From: Eimeria praecox
Taxonomy: Eukaryota
Direction: 5' to 3'
NCBI GenBank assembly: GCA_963920595.1
Contig: OY986950.1
Span: 2,480,001 to 2,544,000 of the forward strand
DNA length: 64,000 nucleotides
Shown: positions 40,755 through 55,330 of the stretch, piece by piece
How the letters are laid out: every line of letters starts with the position of its first letter
How positions within the stretch are numbered: position 1 is the stretch's first letter
Made by a program: the position numbers and the translations under genes
Notes under the pieces: model-generated
The model's input: only the letters and a program-made list of their open reading frames with translations
What the model was told of the DNA's origin: nothing
The model's database searches: none

Positions 40755-41658
40755 TGCTGCTTCAATCCACGTAACGTACAAACCTTCGCTCAAAACCCTA
40801 AACCCTAAACCCTAAACCCTAAACCCTAAATCCGCATCTCCTGTCTGTCGGCGCCTTAAAACAAAGGCTGTTTGTCTCTCTGTTGTAAGTTGATTGTATT
40901 TAATGTTTTATTTTAGTTTAATATACAAGAAAACAGCAAATATAAAGAAACACTAAGAACAGCAAACCTCAGCCGAAACCCCCGATAGTCGGTGACCCCA
41001 TCCAGCTGAGCTCGACAGCTAGGGTTTAGGGTTTAGGGTTTAGGGTTTAGGGTTTAGGGGTTATGGACTATCTTTGTATTCTTTTAAGTGTCATATTCCC
41101 TCAACATATTTTGTTATATTTATATCTAATCATAAAAACAAATTTGGGGTTTATATTAATACTTTGGCCTCACCGTCCGACGCTTGGCTGTCTATCCACC
41201 TCAGCTCACTGCGAGTTATAATTTATTATTTATTTAATTTATTTAATTAAAATACTTTAAATAACATTTGTTGTAGTTTTTATTGGTTTAAATAATACAA
41301 TTAATCTCATCAACTCATTAACACAGCCTGTGCTCGCCTCTCGGTTATGTCGAACCTCCTCGTTGCTGTCGCCTCAACGGCAGATCGAAGATCTCGAAGA
41401 TTAAATAAATATCTTCTGTTTATTTTAAATAAATTTGAGATTAAAAAAACAAAAAATATTTTATAGGTTCTCAAGCTGAAACAGCAAAAGAAGGTGTTAG
41501 CCTACATACAGCGAAGCTTCCGGTGTACATACACCTGAAGTACGGCAAAGCGAGAATATAAAAACATAAGCAGAACATAATAGCATATTTAAAAGATATT
41601 TTAACCCTTCTCTCTTAAAACAAAGAGAAAAAATATAATTTAATTAAATTATAAAGAG

Positions 41659-41730
41659 AGGTCCTACTGGGATTTGAACCCAGGTCGGCGGATTCAGAGT
41701 CCGCAGTGCTAACCACTACACCATAGAACC
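41659..41730 (-). tRNA. trnQ-CUG: tRNA-Gln (anticodon CUG)
   Basis: Acceptor stem GGTTCTA/TAGGACC, D-arm TGGTGTAGTGGTTAGCAC, anticodon loop CTCTGAA and T-loop GTTCAAATC. Confidence 0.96.
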
Positions 41731-42171
41731 GAGATTCGAGGAACTCGCTGCAGCAGCTGCAGCAACAGCAGCAGCTGCTGCTGTTATTACTGTTGCTGCT
41801 GCTGCTGCAATGGCTGCTGCTGCTGCTCCTGCTGCTGCTGCTGTTGCTGCCTTTCTTCTCTGTTATTTCCTTGAGAGTGTTTAGAGGTTAGGGTTTAGGG
41901 TTTAGGGTTTAGGGTTTATGGGTGTAAGATAGAGGAAGCAACAAAAGAAAGTATGGTGTGTCTTTCTCCCACATTATTTGCAGACAGTCTATAAAGACAT
42001 GAAGATACGATGGTGACAATCATAAATATATTTTAATTATATTTTTTTATATTATTTTATTTTCTTCTTTTATTTGTCTTTGCTACATTCGATTGTAAGA
42101 AACCATAAATTAATGTATGCAGTGATAGAGTTGTAGATAATTGTTACTATAGACATGTAGTTTGTTTGACA

Positions 42172-42277
<106 letters not shown>

Positions 42278-42348
42278 TAGATAATGCGGATATGATGCAC
42301 GTGTATCGCATACAGATAATTATTGTAAGGTCTAATAAACATTATTTA

Positions 42349-42431
<83 letters not shown>

Positions 42432-42795
42432 CTATAAAGTGTTTATGTATGTATTATACATAGCTTCTTGCAGTACTAGCAACAGAGAGAGTAAGATATA
42501 TATATATATATGAATGTCGAATGCTCTGTATGGACAGGCATGTATATATATATATATATATTTAAGGGTTTAAAATATAATATTAGTTTATAAATAAGTA
42601 TTTTAGAGAAAATTTACAATATTTTTATTAGTAAAATATATTGTATCTTTTGTTTTTTTGATTCCTAACAACTCCAGCCCCACCGCATGCACGGCGAAAC
42701 TTTCTTGTATTTTTCCGGAATCTTTTCGGTTAAATGAATAAATTTATGAATCAAAATAATTAAAATTAAATAATTAACCTCAAAATGAAGTTAAA

Positions 42796-44831
42796 ATGAC
42801 GAAAATCCCACTTCGGTGTTTAGCTGTCGGTGGCCGACCTTCGTTGAAAAATTTGAATGCTCAATCTGAGGTGTACGTACACCTCGAGAAACGTATAAAC
42901 TCAATCAAACAACAATTGTTTGGATATGCGAGAGGAATGTCGGGAGAAACTGCTTGGCTTAAACCATTAAAGGGAAAAGAATTATTAAATTATTACTGGC
43001 CTAGTAAATATGATCTCCCTAGCTTTCATATGGATCAATATCTACAAATGCAAGTAAGGGTTTAGGGTTTAGGGTTTAGGGTTTAGGGTTTAGGGTTTAG
43101 GGTTTAGGAGATGAAACCCTAACCCACGGTTCATAAGAGATGATCTTGTGAAGGTTTCTCTTATTGTTGCAGGCTTAGGATTATTTAGTATTTAAGATTT
43201 AGGGTTTAGGGTTTTTAGGGTTTAGGGTTTAGGGTTTAGGGTTTAGGGTTTAGGGTTTATGATTGCAGGCATTACGCTACGCCCCTAAGAAGACGCATCC
43301 TTCTTTGTTATCTCTCTCGGGTTTATTAAAATTATTAACTATAAAAAAGAAAGAAGTACAAAACCTTCTTAAGAAGATCGATCATAGAATCCTAAGAGAA
43401 AACCCTACCCTACAAGATCTATACACGTAATAAACCCTAAACCCTAAACCCTAAACCCTAAGATAAACCCTAAACCCTAAACCCTAAACCCTAAACCCTA
43501 AGATAAACCCCGCCCACCCCACCGTATTGGCCTTGGCCTGAACCCTCGATTTCATTAACATCAGAGAGAGACTAAACCCTAAACCCTAAATCTTTGTTTG
43601 AAGCATATATTGAATGGGGTTGCGAGGGTTTAGGGTTTAGGGTTTAGGGTTTAGGGTTTGTGCTGCAGGCTTTACAAATCTATCTTCCCAGATGTTGCTA
43701 TCAAGGGCGTGACGCCTGAAGAAAAACCATGGCGGTGGACTGACGTAATGAAAACAGAAACTCGTGAGGGTTTAGGGTTTAGGGTTTAGGGTTTAGGGTT
43801 TAGGGTTTGAAACGTCTTTGCAGCTGCTTGGGCAGCGTATCAAATCCACAGTAGCGGGAGGGTTTAGGGTTTAGGGTTTAGGGTTTAGGGTTTAGGGTTT
43901 CTTAAGGAGAACACAGTGGAGGGTCTGGAATGTCTCTGCAAAACCCTAGGGTTTAGGGTTTAGGGTTTAGGGTTTAGGGTTTAGGGTTTGTGTACAGTGT
44001 TGGGTTTGATTGAGTGGGCTGCCAAGGAGAGAGGAAATCCTGAAGAGTTTGAGGAAGTTTTGAAGAAGGCCAGCCAATGCTCGTAAACCCTAAACCCTAA
44101 ACCCTAATACCCTAAACCCTAAACCCTAAAGCGCTAAACCATAAAACCCTAAACCCTAAAACCCTAAAACTCTAAACCCTAAAATCCTAAACCCTAAGAC
44201 CCTAAACCCTAAAACCCTAAACCCTAAGACCCTAAACCCTAAAACCCTAAACCCTAAAACCCTAAACCCTAAAACCCTAAACCCTAAAACCCTAAACCCT
44301 AAACCCTAGAAGTTGTATAAATGATATAAGAACCCTATTTAGTAGAGTAGGATAAGATTATAAACCCTAAACCCTACATTAGGGTTTGTGTTTTGTATAT
44401 AATGTAGGTCTTTATCAGAGTTGCGTATTATGTTGTTGGAGGATATAAATAATAAATATATTTTATCTACGGCATCACAGAAATTAATCTTCTTATCTGC
44501 TGCATCTTCTTTGCTGCTGCTGCGGTCGCCGTGCAGCTATCAAACACCGAGAACAGGTCTGCTGCTGCTGCTGCTGTTGCTGCTGCTGTTGCTGCTTGTG
44601 TGGCTGTTGATGCTGCTGTTGCTGCTGCTGCTTCTATTGTTGCTGCTGTTGCTGCTTTTATTAGTGCTGCTGCTGTTGCTGTTGCTGCTTCTACTCGAGA
44701 GCTGCTGCTTCTGCTGCTGCTGCTGCGTCTGCGTCTGCTGCTGCTACTTGTACTGCTGCTGCTGCTGCTGCTGTTGTTGTTTATACTACAACAACTACTG
44801 CTGCTGCTGCTGTTGCTGCTGCTTAGAGTGG

Positions 44832-44917
<86 letters not shown>

Positions 44918-45073
44918 TGTGTTTGTACTAACTCAAGGCTATGAAAGGGGAGTGAGGATTAATTTATCTTCTTTATATGATGAAGAAAATACAGAAAAAA
45001 ATAAAAACTCCGAGAGAAGCCGCAGCAGACAGCATCTCTTCTTGTTAACAGCTAAGGCAGAAGAAGAAGAGGA

Positions 45074-45105
<32 letters not shown>

Positions 45106-45412
45106 AAACAGCAGCAGCAACAACACCAACAACAGCAGCAGCAGCAAAAGCAGCAGCAGCAAAAGCAGCAGGACGAGGAGAGTACAGCAAACAAATAGAA
45201 AATAGAGAGTTAGCTATAAAACAAAATATATTGAGGGCTTTGCTGCCTCCACCTCAGGTGTACGTACACCCCATCTGTTTATCTTATCCTGAAAAGGAAG
45301 AAGAGAAGAAAGAAAGAGAGAAGAGACAGAAAGAAGGAAGAGACAAACTGCAGCAGATACTGCAGCAATATCAGCAGCAGCAGCAGCAGCAGGAGGAGGA
45401 GGAGGAGGAGGA

Positions 45413-45454
<42 letters not shown>

Positions 45455-45686
45455 AGAGGAGGAGCAGCTAGCTGCCTGCATGCAAGAGAAGAGAAGGTTT
45501 ATCGATCCTCTGTTTTATAGACGTAGATTATCTTATCTTGACAGATGTGCTCGAGGACGAATCAAAATAAAAAAAGATAGCGAGAATATAAAATTAAATA
45601 TATATAAAATAAATCTAAACTCGCCTTCTTCGTTTCCTACAAATAAAGGACAAATCAATAAAGTATGGCCTTCACCCTATCATTAA
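42796..45686 (+). CDS. Putative mitoribosomal small-subunit protein, mS33/Rsm27-like N-terminal domain with a long extension; exons ~42796-43052, 43270-43426, 43669-43763, ~43998-44082, 44408-44556, 44938-45686
   Basis: Exon 1 (IKQQLFG...SGETAWLKPLKGKELLNYY) resembles the mS33 pattern IFG...G.K.L...LKG.....YY. Downstream GT-AG exons are frame-compatible. The family call is from remembered motif similarity only. Confidence 0.65.
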
Positions 45687-45892
45687 ATATTATTTTATTT
45701 TATTTTATTTTATTTATTTTATTTTATTTTATTTTATTTTATTGTATTTAGTTTGTTTAGTTTATTGTATGTTGTTTGTTTATTTTGTTTTTTTTGGTTT
45801 ATCTCTACTTCTGCATTTTTATCTTCTTCTTTTCTTCTTTTCTTCTTTCTTTGTATTTCTTCTTCTACTTTTACGCTCCCACCGAATTCGCT

Positions 45893-45972
45893 CTAGCTAG
45901 CTAGCTAGCTAGCTAGCTAGCTGACTGGCTGGCTGGCTGGCTGGCTAGCTAGCTAGCTAGCTAGCTAGCTAC
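45893..45972. repeat. (AGCT)n array ~200 bp downstream of the mS33-like stop
   Basis: Directly visible. Confidence 0.9.
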
Positions 45973-46007
45973 AGCTTTCTTCGAGGAGGCCTCCGCCATG
46001 GCCTCCC

Positions 46008-46080
<73 letters not shown>

Positions 46081-46169
46081 AAGGCAACAAACAACCAGCT
46101 CTATCAATTCTATTTAAATAAGAAGATACGATCTTTGAATAAATAAATATTAAATAAAATATAAATAAA

Positions 46170-46478
46170 TTAACTAACTCTGTAGAGTGTTTCTCCTTTC
46201 CGTATATATTTTTTTTTGAGATTTGTTCTGTATGTTCTTCTTCTTTTATTTGTCTGCCAACTTCTCTTTGCAAATAAATAAATAAAATTAAATGATATTA
46301 GAAAACTATTTCTTAAATTTTTATTTAATACAGAAGATATACTAGAAGATAAGTCTAACCCTAATCCTAAACCTACGCCTCTTGTTTGACACAGATTGAA
46401 GCAGCGAGGATCTCCTGCTGCTGTTGCTGCTGCTGTTGTTGCTGCTGCTGCTGTTGCTGCTGTTGTTGCTGCTGCTGC

Positions 46479-46515
<37 letters not shown>

Positions 46516-46532
46516 CTGAGGTGTATGAACAT
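46170..46532 (-). CDS. Candidate small basic protein (possibly spliced at ~46178), function unknown
   Basis: ATG-initiated ORF with a non-repeat, highly basic C-terminal part (KRSWQTNKRRRTYRTNLKKKYIRKG). A TGCATGCA motif lies ~190 bp upstream. Confidence 0.35.
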
Positions 46533-47082
46533 GGTTACACCGCAGCAATCGGGGGGGGGGGGGGGGGGGGGAGAGAGAAGAGTGGATAGAAGTAGGATAT
46601 TTAATTGATTTAATTAAATTAAATATAAAATAAGAATAAATAAATAAAATAAATATATTAATTAGTGTGTTTTATTTTGTAAAACATCCTCAATATATAT
46701 TTCGGCTTTCGTCTGTTGCATGCATGCAACCGAAAGAATCGGAGTTAAGAAGTTGTTTCTATCAATTTTTATTTTATTTTATTTTATTTAAATTAATTTT
46801 TATTTTATTTTAATATTTATTTTATTTTATTCTATTTTATCTTATTTTTATATTTGTTTTCATCTCATAATCTTAATATTTATTACCTACGCTCTCTCCG
46901 AAGCCCCCCTCAACAACCTTCTTACGAGTTTGTTGTTTTTATTTGATTGTTTTATTATTTTGTTGTTATTTATTTTGTTTTTATTTATTTTATATTTTAT
47001 TTTGTGTTTTTATTTAATCCATATATTCGTTTTTATAACATTTATTGATTATCCGCTGACTGCGATGTACGTACACCCGAAG

Positions 47083-47216
<134 letters not shown>

Positions 47217-47725
47217 TATTTTTATATAGTTAGTACTAGATATTTCATATATTCCTGTATGCTAGACTCCATACATTATAATATAATAAAACACATTATA
47301 ATAAAATATATAATAATATATTATAGTGTATTATTATATATTATAGTATACTATAATATAGTATAGTATATTATGTTGTAATATATTAATATATATTCGA
47401 ATATATTCGAATATATTCGAACATCATAATAAAATATATAATAATATATTATAGTGTATTATAATATAGTATACTATACTATAATGTAGTATAGTTTACT
47501 ATATTATATTAGAATGTATTAGAATATATTAGAATATATTAAACTGTATAATAATATATTATAATATATATATATATATATATACTATAATATATTATAT
47601 TAATATATTATAATAGGTTGTAATATATTATAATGTATTATAATATATTATAATATATTTATTATAATGTATTATAATATATTATAACATACAAAAACAC
47701 TCTGCACGTTCTCTATTGTTTACCT

Positions 47726-47808
<83 letters not shown>

Positions 47809-47864
47809 ACAATTCATCTTTGCTTGTGCCTACACATAGATAATATATCTATATAGCTCTCGGC

Positions 47865-47914
<50 letters not shown>

Positions 47915-47967
47915 GCTTATACTTATACATATATGTATATATATTATATACAACCATAATTGTCTAC

Positions 47968-48008
<41 letters not shown>

Positions 48009-48699
48009 AATATATATACAAATATATATACAAATATATATACAAATATATATACAAATATATACGTATCTCTCTCTTCCTCGATGCATGCGTTGAGGTA
48101 GACTGCTTCCTTTTATTTCTTTTGTCTTTGTTTGTCTTTGTTTTTATTTATTTGTCTTTATTTAGTTTTCTATTTATTTTTATTTATTTATTTAGCTTTT
48201 ATTTATTTTTAATTTATTAATTTTTATTTATTTATTAATTTTTATTTATTTTGTTTTTATTTATTTTTGTCTGTTAATTTTTATTTATTTATTTATTTAT
48301 TTATTTTTATCTTTATTTATTTTTATTTATTTTTATTCATTTATTTTTATCTATTGATTTTGTTTTTATTTATTTATTTTTATTAATTTTATTTATTTAT
48401 TTATATTTATTTATTTTTATTTATTAATTTTTATTTATTTGTCTTTTTATCTTTTTCTTTATTTTAGTATCATCATCACCTTCGAGTGTTTCTTGCTGTA
48501 AACACAAATATATATATTAAATATATATTATATAGAATACATATTATATTTATATTGTAGATATAATATATTGTATATATACATAATATATAATATGTTT
48601 TATGTCTATACTATACATAACATATATATTAAATATATATTACATATAATATTTATTATATATATATATATATATATATATTACCATACATCTATATCT

Positions 48700-48736
<37 letters not shown>

Positions 48737-48864
48737 GCTACACCTGTTATATATTTTGTATATTATATGTATTATAAACTACATACATATAATATATAAT
48801 CTATGTTATTTATTGTATATTAAACAGTGCGTGTTTTATGTATTTTATTTATTGTATATTATCC

Positions 48865-48909
<45 letters not shown>

Positions 48910-49021
48910 GAGAGAGAGAGATGCATATATAAGGGGATATATAAGGGGAAATAAATCTATAGACATTTGTAAACGTATATTTGTGTACAGCTGCTTCTCT
49001 TATGTATTATTCTCTCTCTCT

Positions 49022-49102
<81 letters not shown>

Positions 49103-49412
49103 TAGATATAGATATGGATATAGATAGATAGTCAGATAGATAGGTAGATAGATAGATATAGATATATAGATATACATATATATAGATATAGGTATATAGA
49201 TATATAGATATAGAGATGGATATGTAGTTTTATACTTATAGTTGTGTATTAGTAACATCTACTTATACATACATAATATATATATCTATATATATATCTA
49301 TATATAGATATATATAGATATATATATATAGATATATCTATATCTATCTATCTATATCTATCTATCTGTCTATCTATCTATCTATATATCTATCTATATA
49401 TCTATCTATCTT

Positions 49413-49444
<32 letters not shown>

Positions 49445-50151
49445 GATAGATATAGATATAGATATATAGATATATAGACAGATATAGATATAGATATAGA
49501 TATCGACATGTAGATGGATAGATAGATAGATAGATATAGGAGGTAGGATATAAACAAACAAATGCTTTGAAAGTAGAAACAGAAGAAGTCTTACAGAGGT
49601 GAAGAGACAGCAAAATGTGAGAAAAACAAAACTATACAATAAACCCTAAACCCTAGAAACCCTAAAACCCTAAACCCTAGAAACCCTAAACCCTAGAAAC
49701 CCTAAACCCTAAAAACTCTAAACCCTAGAAGCAACAAACCCTCACCCTCGAGCACTAGGAGGTTAGAGGGAAACCCTATAAACCCTACAGCTCCACGCCT
49801 AGGGTTTAGGGTTTAGGGTTTAGGGTTTATATTAGGGTTTAGGGTTAATTAGGGTTTAGGGTTTAGAGCTAGGCCCTTGACTCTATCATTTAAATTGTTT
49901 CTATCTAAACCTCCTTTAGATGTATATTGCGTTATTTGTTTTATCTTTCTTTGTTTAAATAATTTAAATATATTTATTGAAAGTATGAGGTTAGTTTTAA
50001 GGGGGATAGCTGAGGTGTATAGGCAGCTAGTTGTGTATAATTTATGTTTTTATTTAAATAAATAATTAATTTGTAATTTATTTTATAGAGAAAAGAAAAA
50101 GAGAGAAAAAAGAAAAAGAAAAGAAACATATTAAACTATCAAGACAACAAA

Positions 50152-50247
<96 letters not shown>

Positions 50248-50813
50248 TTGTCTATATCTTCTTTTTTTTTCCTATATTTTCATGTTTGTGTGTGAATAAG
50301 AAATAAAGAGAAGTAAATAAAATATAAATATAAATTGTTTTTGTTTTTTTATATTACTCTTTCTTTAATTATTTTAGAATAATATATACATTGTATTCGT
50401 GTCAGACCCTCGCAGCCACAGCCGCATAATATCATTTCGTGTTTTGTTTGATGTGTAGAAGAAGAAAAACTTTGAAGCAAATTATATTTTGTCTATTTTT
50501 TATAAATTTAATTATAATTATATTCTATTTTATAATTTATTTGCTAGAATAAACACAAATTTATCTATCACACACAAAAAAATCGTTGACGATAGCTGTG
50601 TGTGCTCTGCATGCGATACGATCTTTCCTATGATTTGAGATATTTAAATTAATATATTTTATAAAAAAAAATTAAAAAAAGTAAATAAAAATAAACGTGA
50701 AAAGAAAAAAGTTGTATAACAACATAGTATTCAACATTTGAGGTGTACATACACCTCAAGTGCCTCTCACGTGTTGCAATAAATAACAAATGGGAGAATT
50801 GTAGGAGAATAAA

Positions 50814-51792
50814 ATGGATAATCAAATATATTTATTATTATTATTTATTATTTTATGTTTAATTTCTTATTTTTTCTTATTTTCACGCTGCAGATTGTGC
50901 CTCAACAGCAGCAGCAACAAACGAATTCAAGATGAAGATGAAATAGTAGAAAATAAAAATAAAGCTGATGGACTTGATATAAAGAAAGGAAAACATAAAA
51001 AAACAAAACAAATAAATAAAAGTAATGTTTATAATCAACAAGAAAATTTAAACAAACAAAATACAACAGATATTCAAGTGAGATGATTGAGGTGTCTATA
51101 CACCTCAACGAAATCTTCACGTAATTCTTTTTTTTTAATTGTATTTCTTTATTTTATCTGTTTGTTTTTGTTTTTATTGTATTTATATTCTTTAATTTAT
51201 AATAATTACGCTGTTTATTGCTCTGTTTTTTGTTTTTTTTTATTTAAATTGTGTTTATATATTCTTCAAAAAACAAAAAACAATTTCAGGTGTATCTTCA
51301 CCTGTTTTTCTTTGTTTCTGCAGCATTCCGAAATTCGTCAATCTCCATTATTTGTTGATTTTGTTAAAGGAGTTAATAAACCCGTAGATGCAATTGCAGT
51401 TGCCCCGCATGCAGGTACGATATGAAATCTTGTTTATTTGTTTATTTATTATTTATTTGTTTTTCTTCTTTTGTTTTGGTTTCTACTATCAATACATGTT
51501 CTCTCTGTACCTTTGATATTATATATTTAACTTCTTTCAGCTTCTTCTCTCTGACGTACGTTGCTATCTGCTGTCTATACACTCGAAGCATTCTAAGCTG
51601 TTTGTTTTTATTTTTCTTTACCTCTTCTTTATTTAGTTAATTTAATTTTTAAATTAACTGCATTTAAGTATTCTAAAGAACACATCATATGTAATATAAA
51701 CCGTATAAATACATTATATATATATATATATGTGTGTATATACAGAGGGAGAGATATCTATATATCTATATCTATATCTACATATCTATCTC

Positions 51793-51839
<47 letters not shown>

Positions 51840-51886
51840 GTCTATCTATCTATCTATCTATCTATCTACACGTATATATATATATA

Positions 51887-51940
<54 letters not shown>

Positions 51941-52733
51941 TGTGTTCAGCTCTGATAGCCTGTTCAACCTCAGACACTCGCTTGAATGTTTGTTTTTCTT
52001 CTTCTTCGTCTTCTTCTTATTTTTTATATTTTAGAGAAGATAGCTTCTCTGCTCTCGATTTTTGTTGCTCTCTCAAACAGCAACAAAGTACAGCATTTCT
52101 GTGTGCAGCTATGGGTAAACCCTAAACCCTAAACCCTAAACCCTAAACCCTAAACCCTCAACCCTAGGGAAGAGACAGCAAGCAGAAGAAACGGCTAGCA
52201 TACAGCACTTATAGATGGAGATATTAAAAACTATACAAATGTATTCTATCAATTAATTTAACTTATAATTAAATAAAACAATTAAAATAATTAAAATAAT
52301 TAAAATAATTAACATAATTAATTAAATTAATTAATTAATTGAAATAATTAATTAATTAAATTAATTAAATTAATTAAATTAATTTAATTAATTTAATTAA
52401 TTAAATTAATTAAATTAATTAAAATAATTAAAATAAATAAATAAATACACTGCTGAAAGCTCTGTCTTTGAGTGCAGCAACAGAAGGAAGACTCGTTTGT
52501 TTTCAAATTGATTTAGAAGACAAAAAAATTACGGGCATGAAAGAGGTTAGGGTTTAGGGTTTAGGGTTTAGGGTTTAGGGTTTAGGGTTTAGGGTTTATG
52601 TGTGTGGCTATCAGAGTTTATTCGATTTAGCTTGAAATAAATACATAAATATATAAATAGAAGAATATATCGTAAGAGTTCTATCATATATTCTCTCTCT
52701 ATTCCCTCCTCCTCCTGCTGCTGCTCCTGCTCC

Positions 52734-52793
<60 letters not shown>

Positions 52794-54252
52794 AGATACA
52801 CCGCAGCAAGAACGCTATTCAACGTGGGTTTGTGACTGAGATTGTGGCAAGCAAAGGACCTTGGGTTATATCGCGATCTGAGGGAGATGATACGGAGGTC
52901 TGCTTATACCTAGGGTTTAGGGTTTAGGGTTTAGGGTTTAGGGTTTAGGGTTTAGGGTTTGGGGTTTGGGGTTTAGGGTTTAGGATGAGCTGCTGCTGCG
53001 TCTTCACCTCAACCATTTTCTCTACGCTCTTCTTTGCAGTTCGTGCTGCTCTCTTCCTCGCATACATACAATTTAGGGTTTAGGGTTTAGGGTTAGGGTT
53101 TAGGGTTTAGGGTTTAGGGTTTAGGGTTTATTTGTTTCTATCAGATTCGAGTTCATTCGTATGAAGGAGAACTTCTTGCTTCTGTCGACACCAAGCAAAT
53201 ACACAACATGCAAATGGCTGTAGGGGGAGACGGATGGTGAGTCAGATAGCTAGCTAGCTAGCTAGCTAGCTAGCTACTCAGATCGCTAGCTACATAGCTA
53301 GCTAGCTAGCTAGCTAGCTAGCTACTCGGCTAACTAGCTAGTCAGCTAGCTATATCTTCACCCAGATATATAGTCAGCTAGCTAGCTAGCTAGCTAGCCA
53401 GCCGATCAGCTAGCTAGCTAGCTAGCTAGCTAGCTAGCTAGCTAGCTAGAGGCTGTAAGGTGTTTGCTTTGTCTGTGTGTGTTTTCAGTTTGTTTGGCTG
53501 CGCTGCTTGGAGTGCGGGCGTAAAATTATTTAAAATACAAAAGAAACATGACAGCCTACAGAAAGTAAGAATAAATAATAAATAAATAAATAAATAAATA
53601 AACAAATAAATAAATAAATAAATAAATAAATACATAAATAAAGTAAATAAATAAAGTAAATAAATAAAGTAAATAATGAGTAGTACTAAATAATAATAGT
53701 AGTAAATAAATAAATAAATAATATAATATAAATAATAATAATAAAGAATAATAATAATAAAGAATATTAACAAATAATAATAATAATACTATAAATAAAT
53801 AAGTAAATAAACAAATTAATAAAAACTTGACGTGGATATACACCCCAGATATACACCGCAGAGAATGCTGCTTTGTTTGTTTGTTTTCTTGCTTGTTTTG
53901 TTTAGTTGTTTGTTTAGTTGTTTGTTTGTTTGTTTAATTAATTAATTAATTAATTAATTAATTAATTAATTATTAAATTATTTAATTAATAATGAACTAA
54001 CAAGATATTAAGCGACAAACAAACAAAACAACAAAATAAATAATTAAATCTAATTAATGTATATTATACTATGCGTATACTATACGTATACTATACTATA
54101 AATATAAATATAAATATAAATATAAATATAAATATAAATATAAATATAAATATAAATATAAATATAAATATAAATATAAATATAAATATAAATATAAATA
54201 TAAATATAAATAAAGTATAAATATAAATATAAATAATCTCTCTCTCTCTCTG

Positions 54253-54286
<34 letters not shown>

Positions 54287-54289
54287 CAC

Positions 54290-54328
<39 letters not shown>

Positions 54329-55231
54329 TTGTGTTAGGTAGAGAAAGCCATAGAAGTCCCTCAAACTCGTGGCTGTGTGAGTTTAAGTATTTCTTCCAAA
54401 GACGACAGAGTGGCGTTGATAGACAAAGGAGGAAAGTTAGACCTGTGGAATATTAACGTGCGATTCCAGGTATGAATATAATTAATTAATTTAATTTAAT
54501 TATGTTAATTAATTTAATTAATTTAATTAATTTAATTAATTTAATTAATTTAATTAATTTAATTAATTTAATTGATTTAATTAATTTAATTAATTAATTT
54601 AGTTATTTGTTTATTTATTTATTTATTTAGTTAGTTATTTAGACCTGTGGAATATTAACGTACGATTCCAGGTAAACAGATATTTAATTAATTTAATTTA
54701 ATTTAATTAAGTTAATTAAGTTAATTAAGTTAATTAATTTAATTAATTTAATTAATTTAATTAATTTAATTAATTTAATTAATTTAATTAATTAATTAAT
54801 TTATTTATTTATTTATTTAGTTAGTTAGTTAGTTAGACCTGTGGAATATTAACGTACGATTCCAGGTATAGATATAATTAATTTAATTTAATTTAATTAT
54901 GTTAATTAATTTAATTAATTTAATTGATTTAATTAATTTAATTAATTTAATTGATTAATTTAGTTATTTATTTATTTAGTTAGTTAGCTAGTTAGTTAGT
55001 TAGACTTGTGGAATATTAACGTACGATTCCAGGTATAGATATAATTAATTTAATTTAATTTAATTTATTTAATTAATTAATTAGTTAATATTATTTATTT
55101 ATTTAGTTAGTTATTTAATTTATTTATTTGTTTATTTATTTATTTAATTTATTTTACTTGTTTGGTTTTTTGTAGTTTTTTCTGTTTGTTTTGTTTGTTT
55201 TTGTTTGAGTTTGGGTTTGTATGTTTAGATG

Positions 55232-55330
<99 letters not shown>

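Noticed and set aside
40960..41420. Possible structured ncRNA in GC-richer patches between the tRNAs
   Set aside because: No recognisable snRNA or snoRNA boxes or convincing fold by eye. An Infernal/Rfam search would be needed.
54437..55036. CRISPR-like appearance of ~35-bp repeats with spacers
   Set aside because: The locus is eukaryotic with no cas genes. The repeat is a duplicated exon end and the spacers are mutually similar AT-rich sequence.
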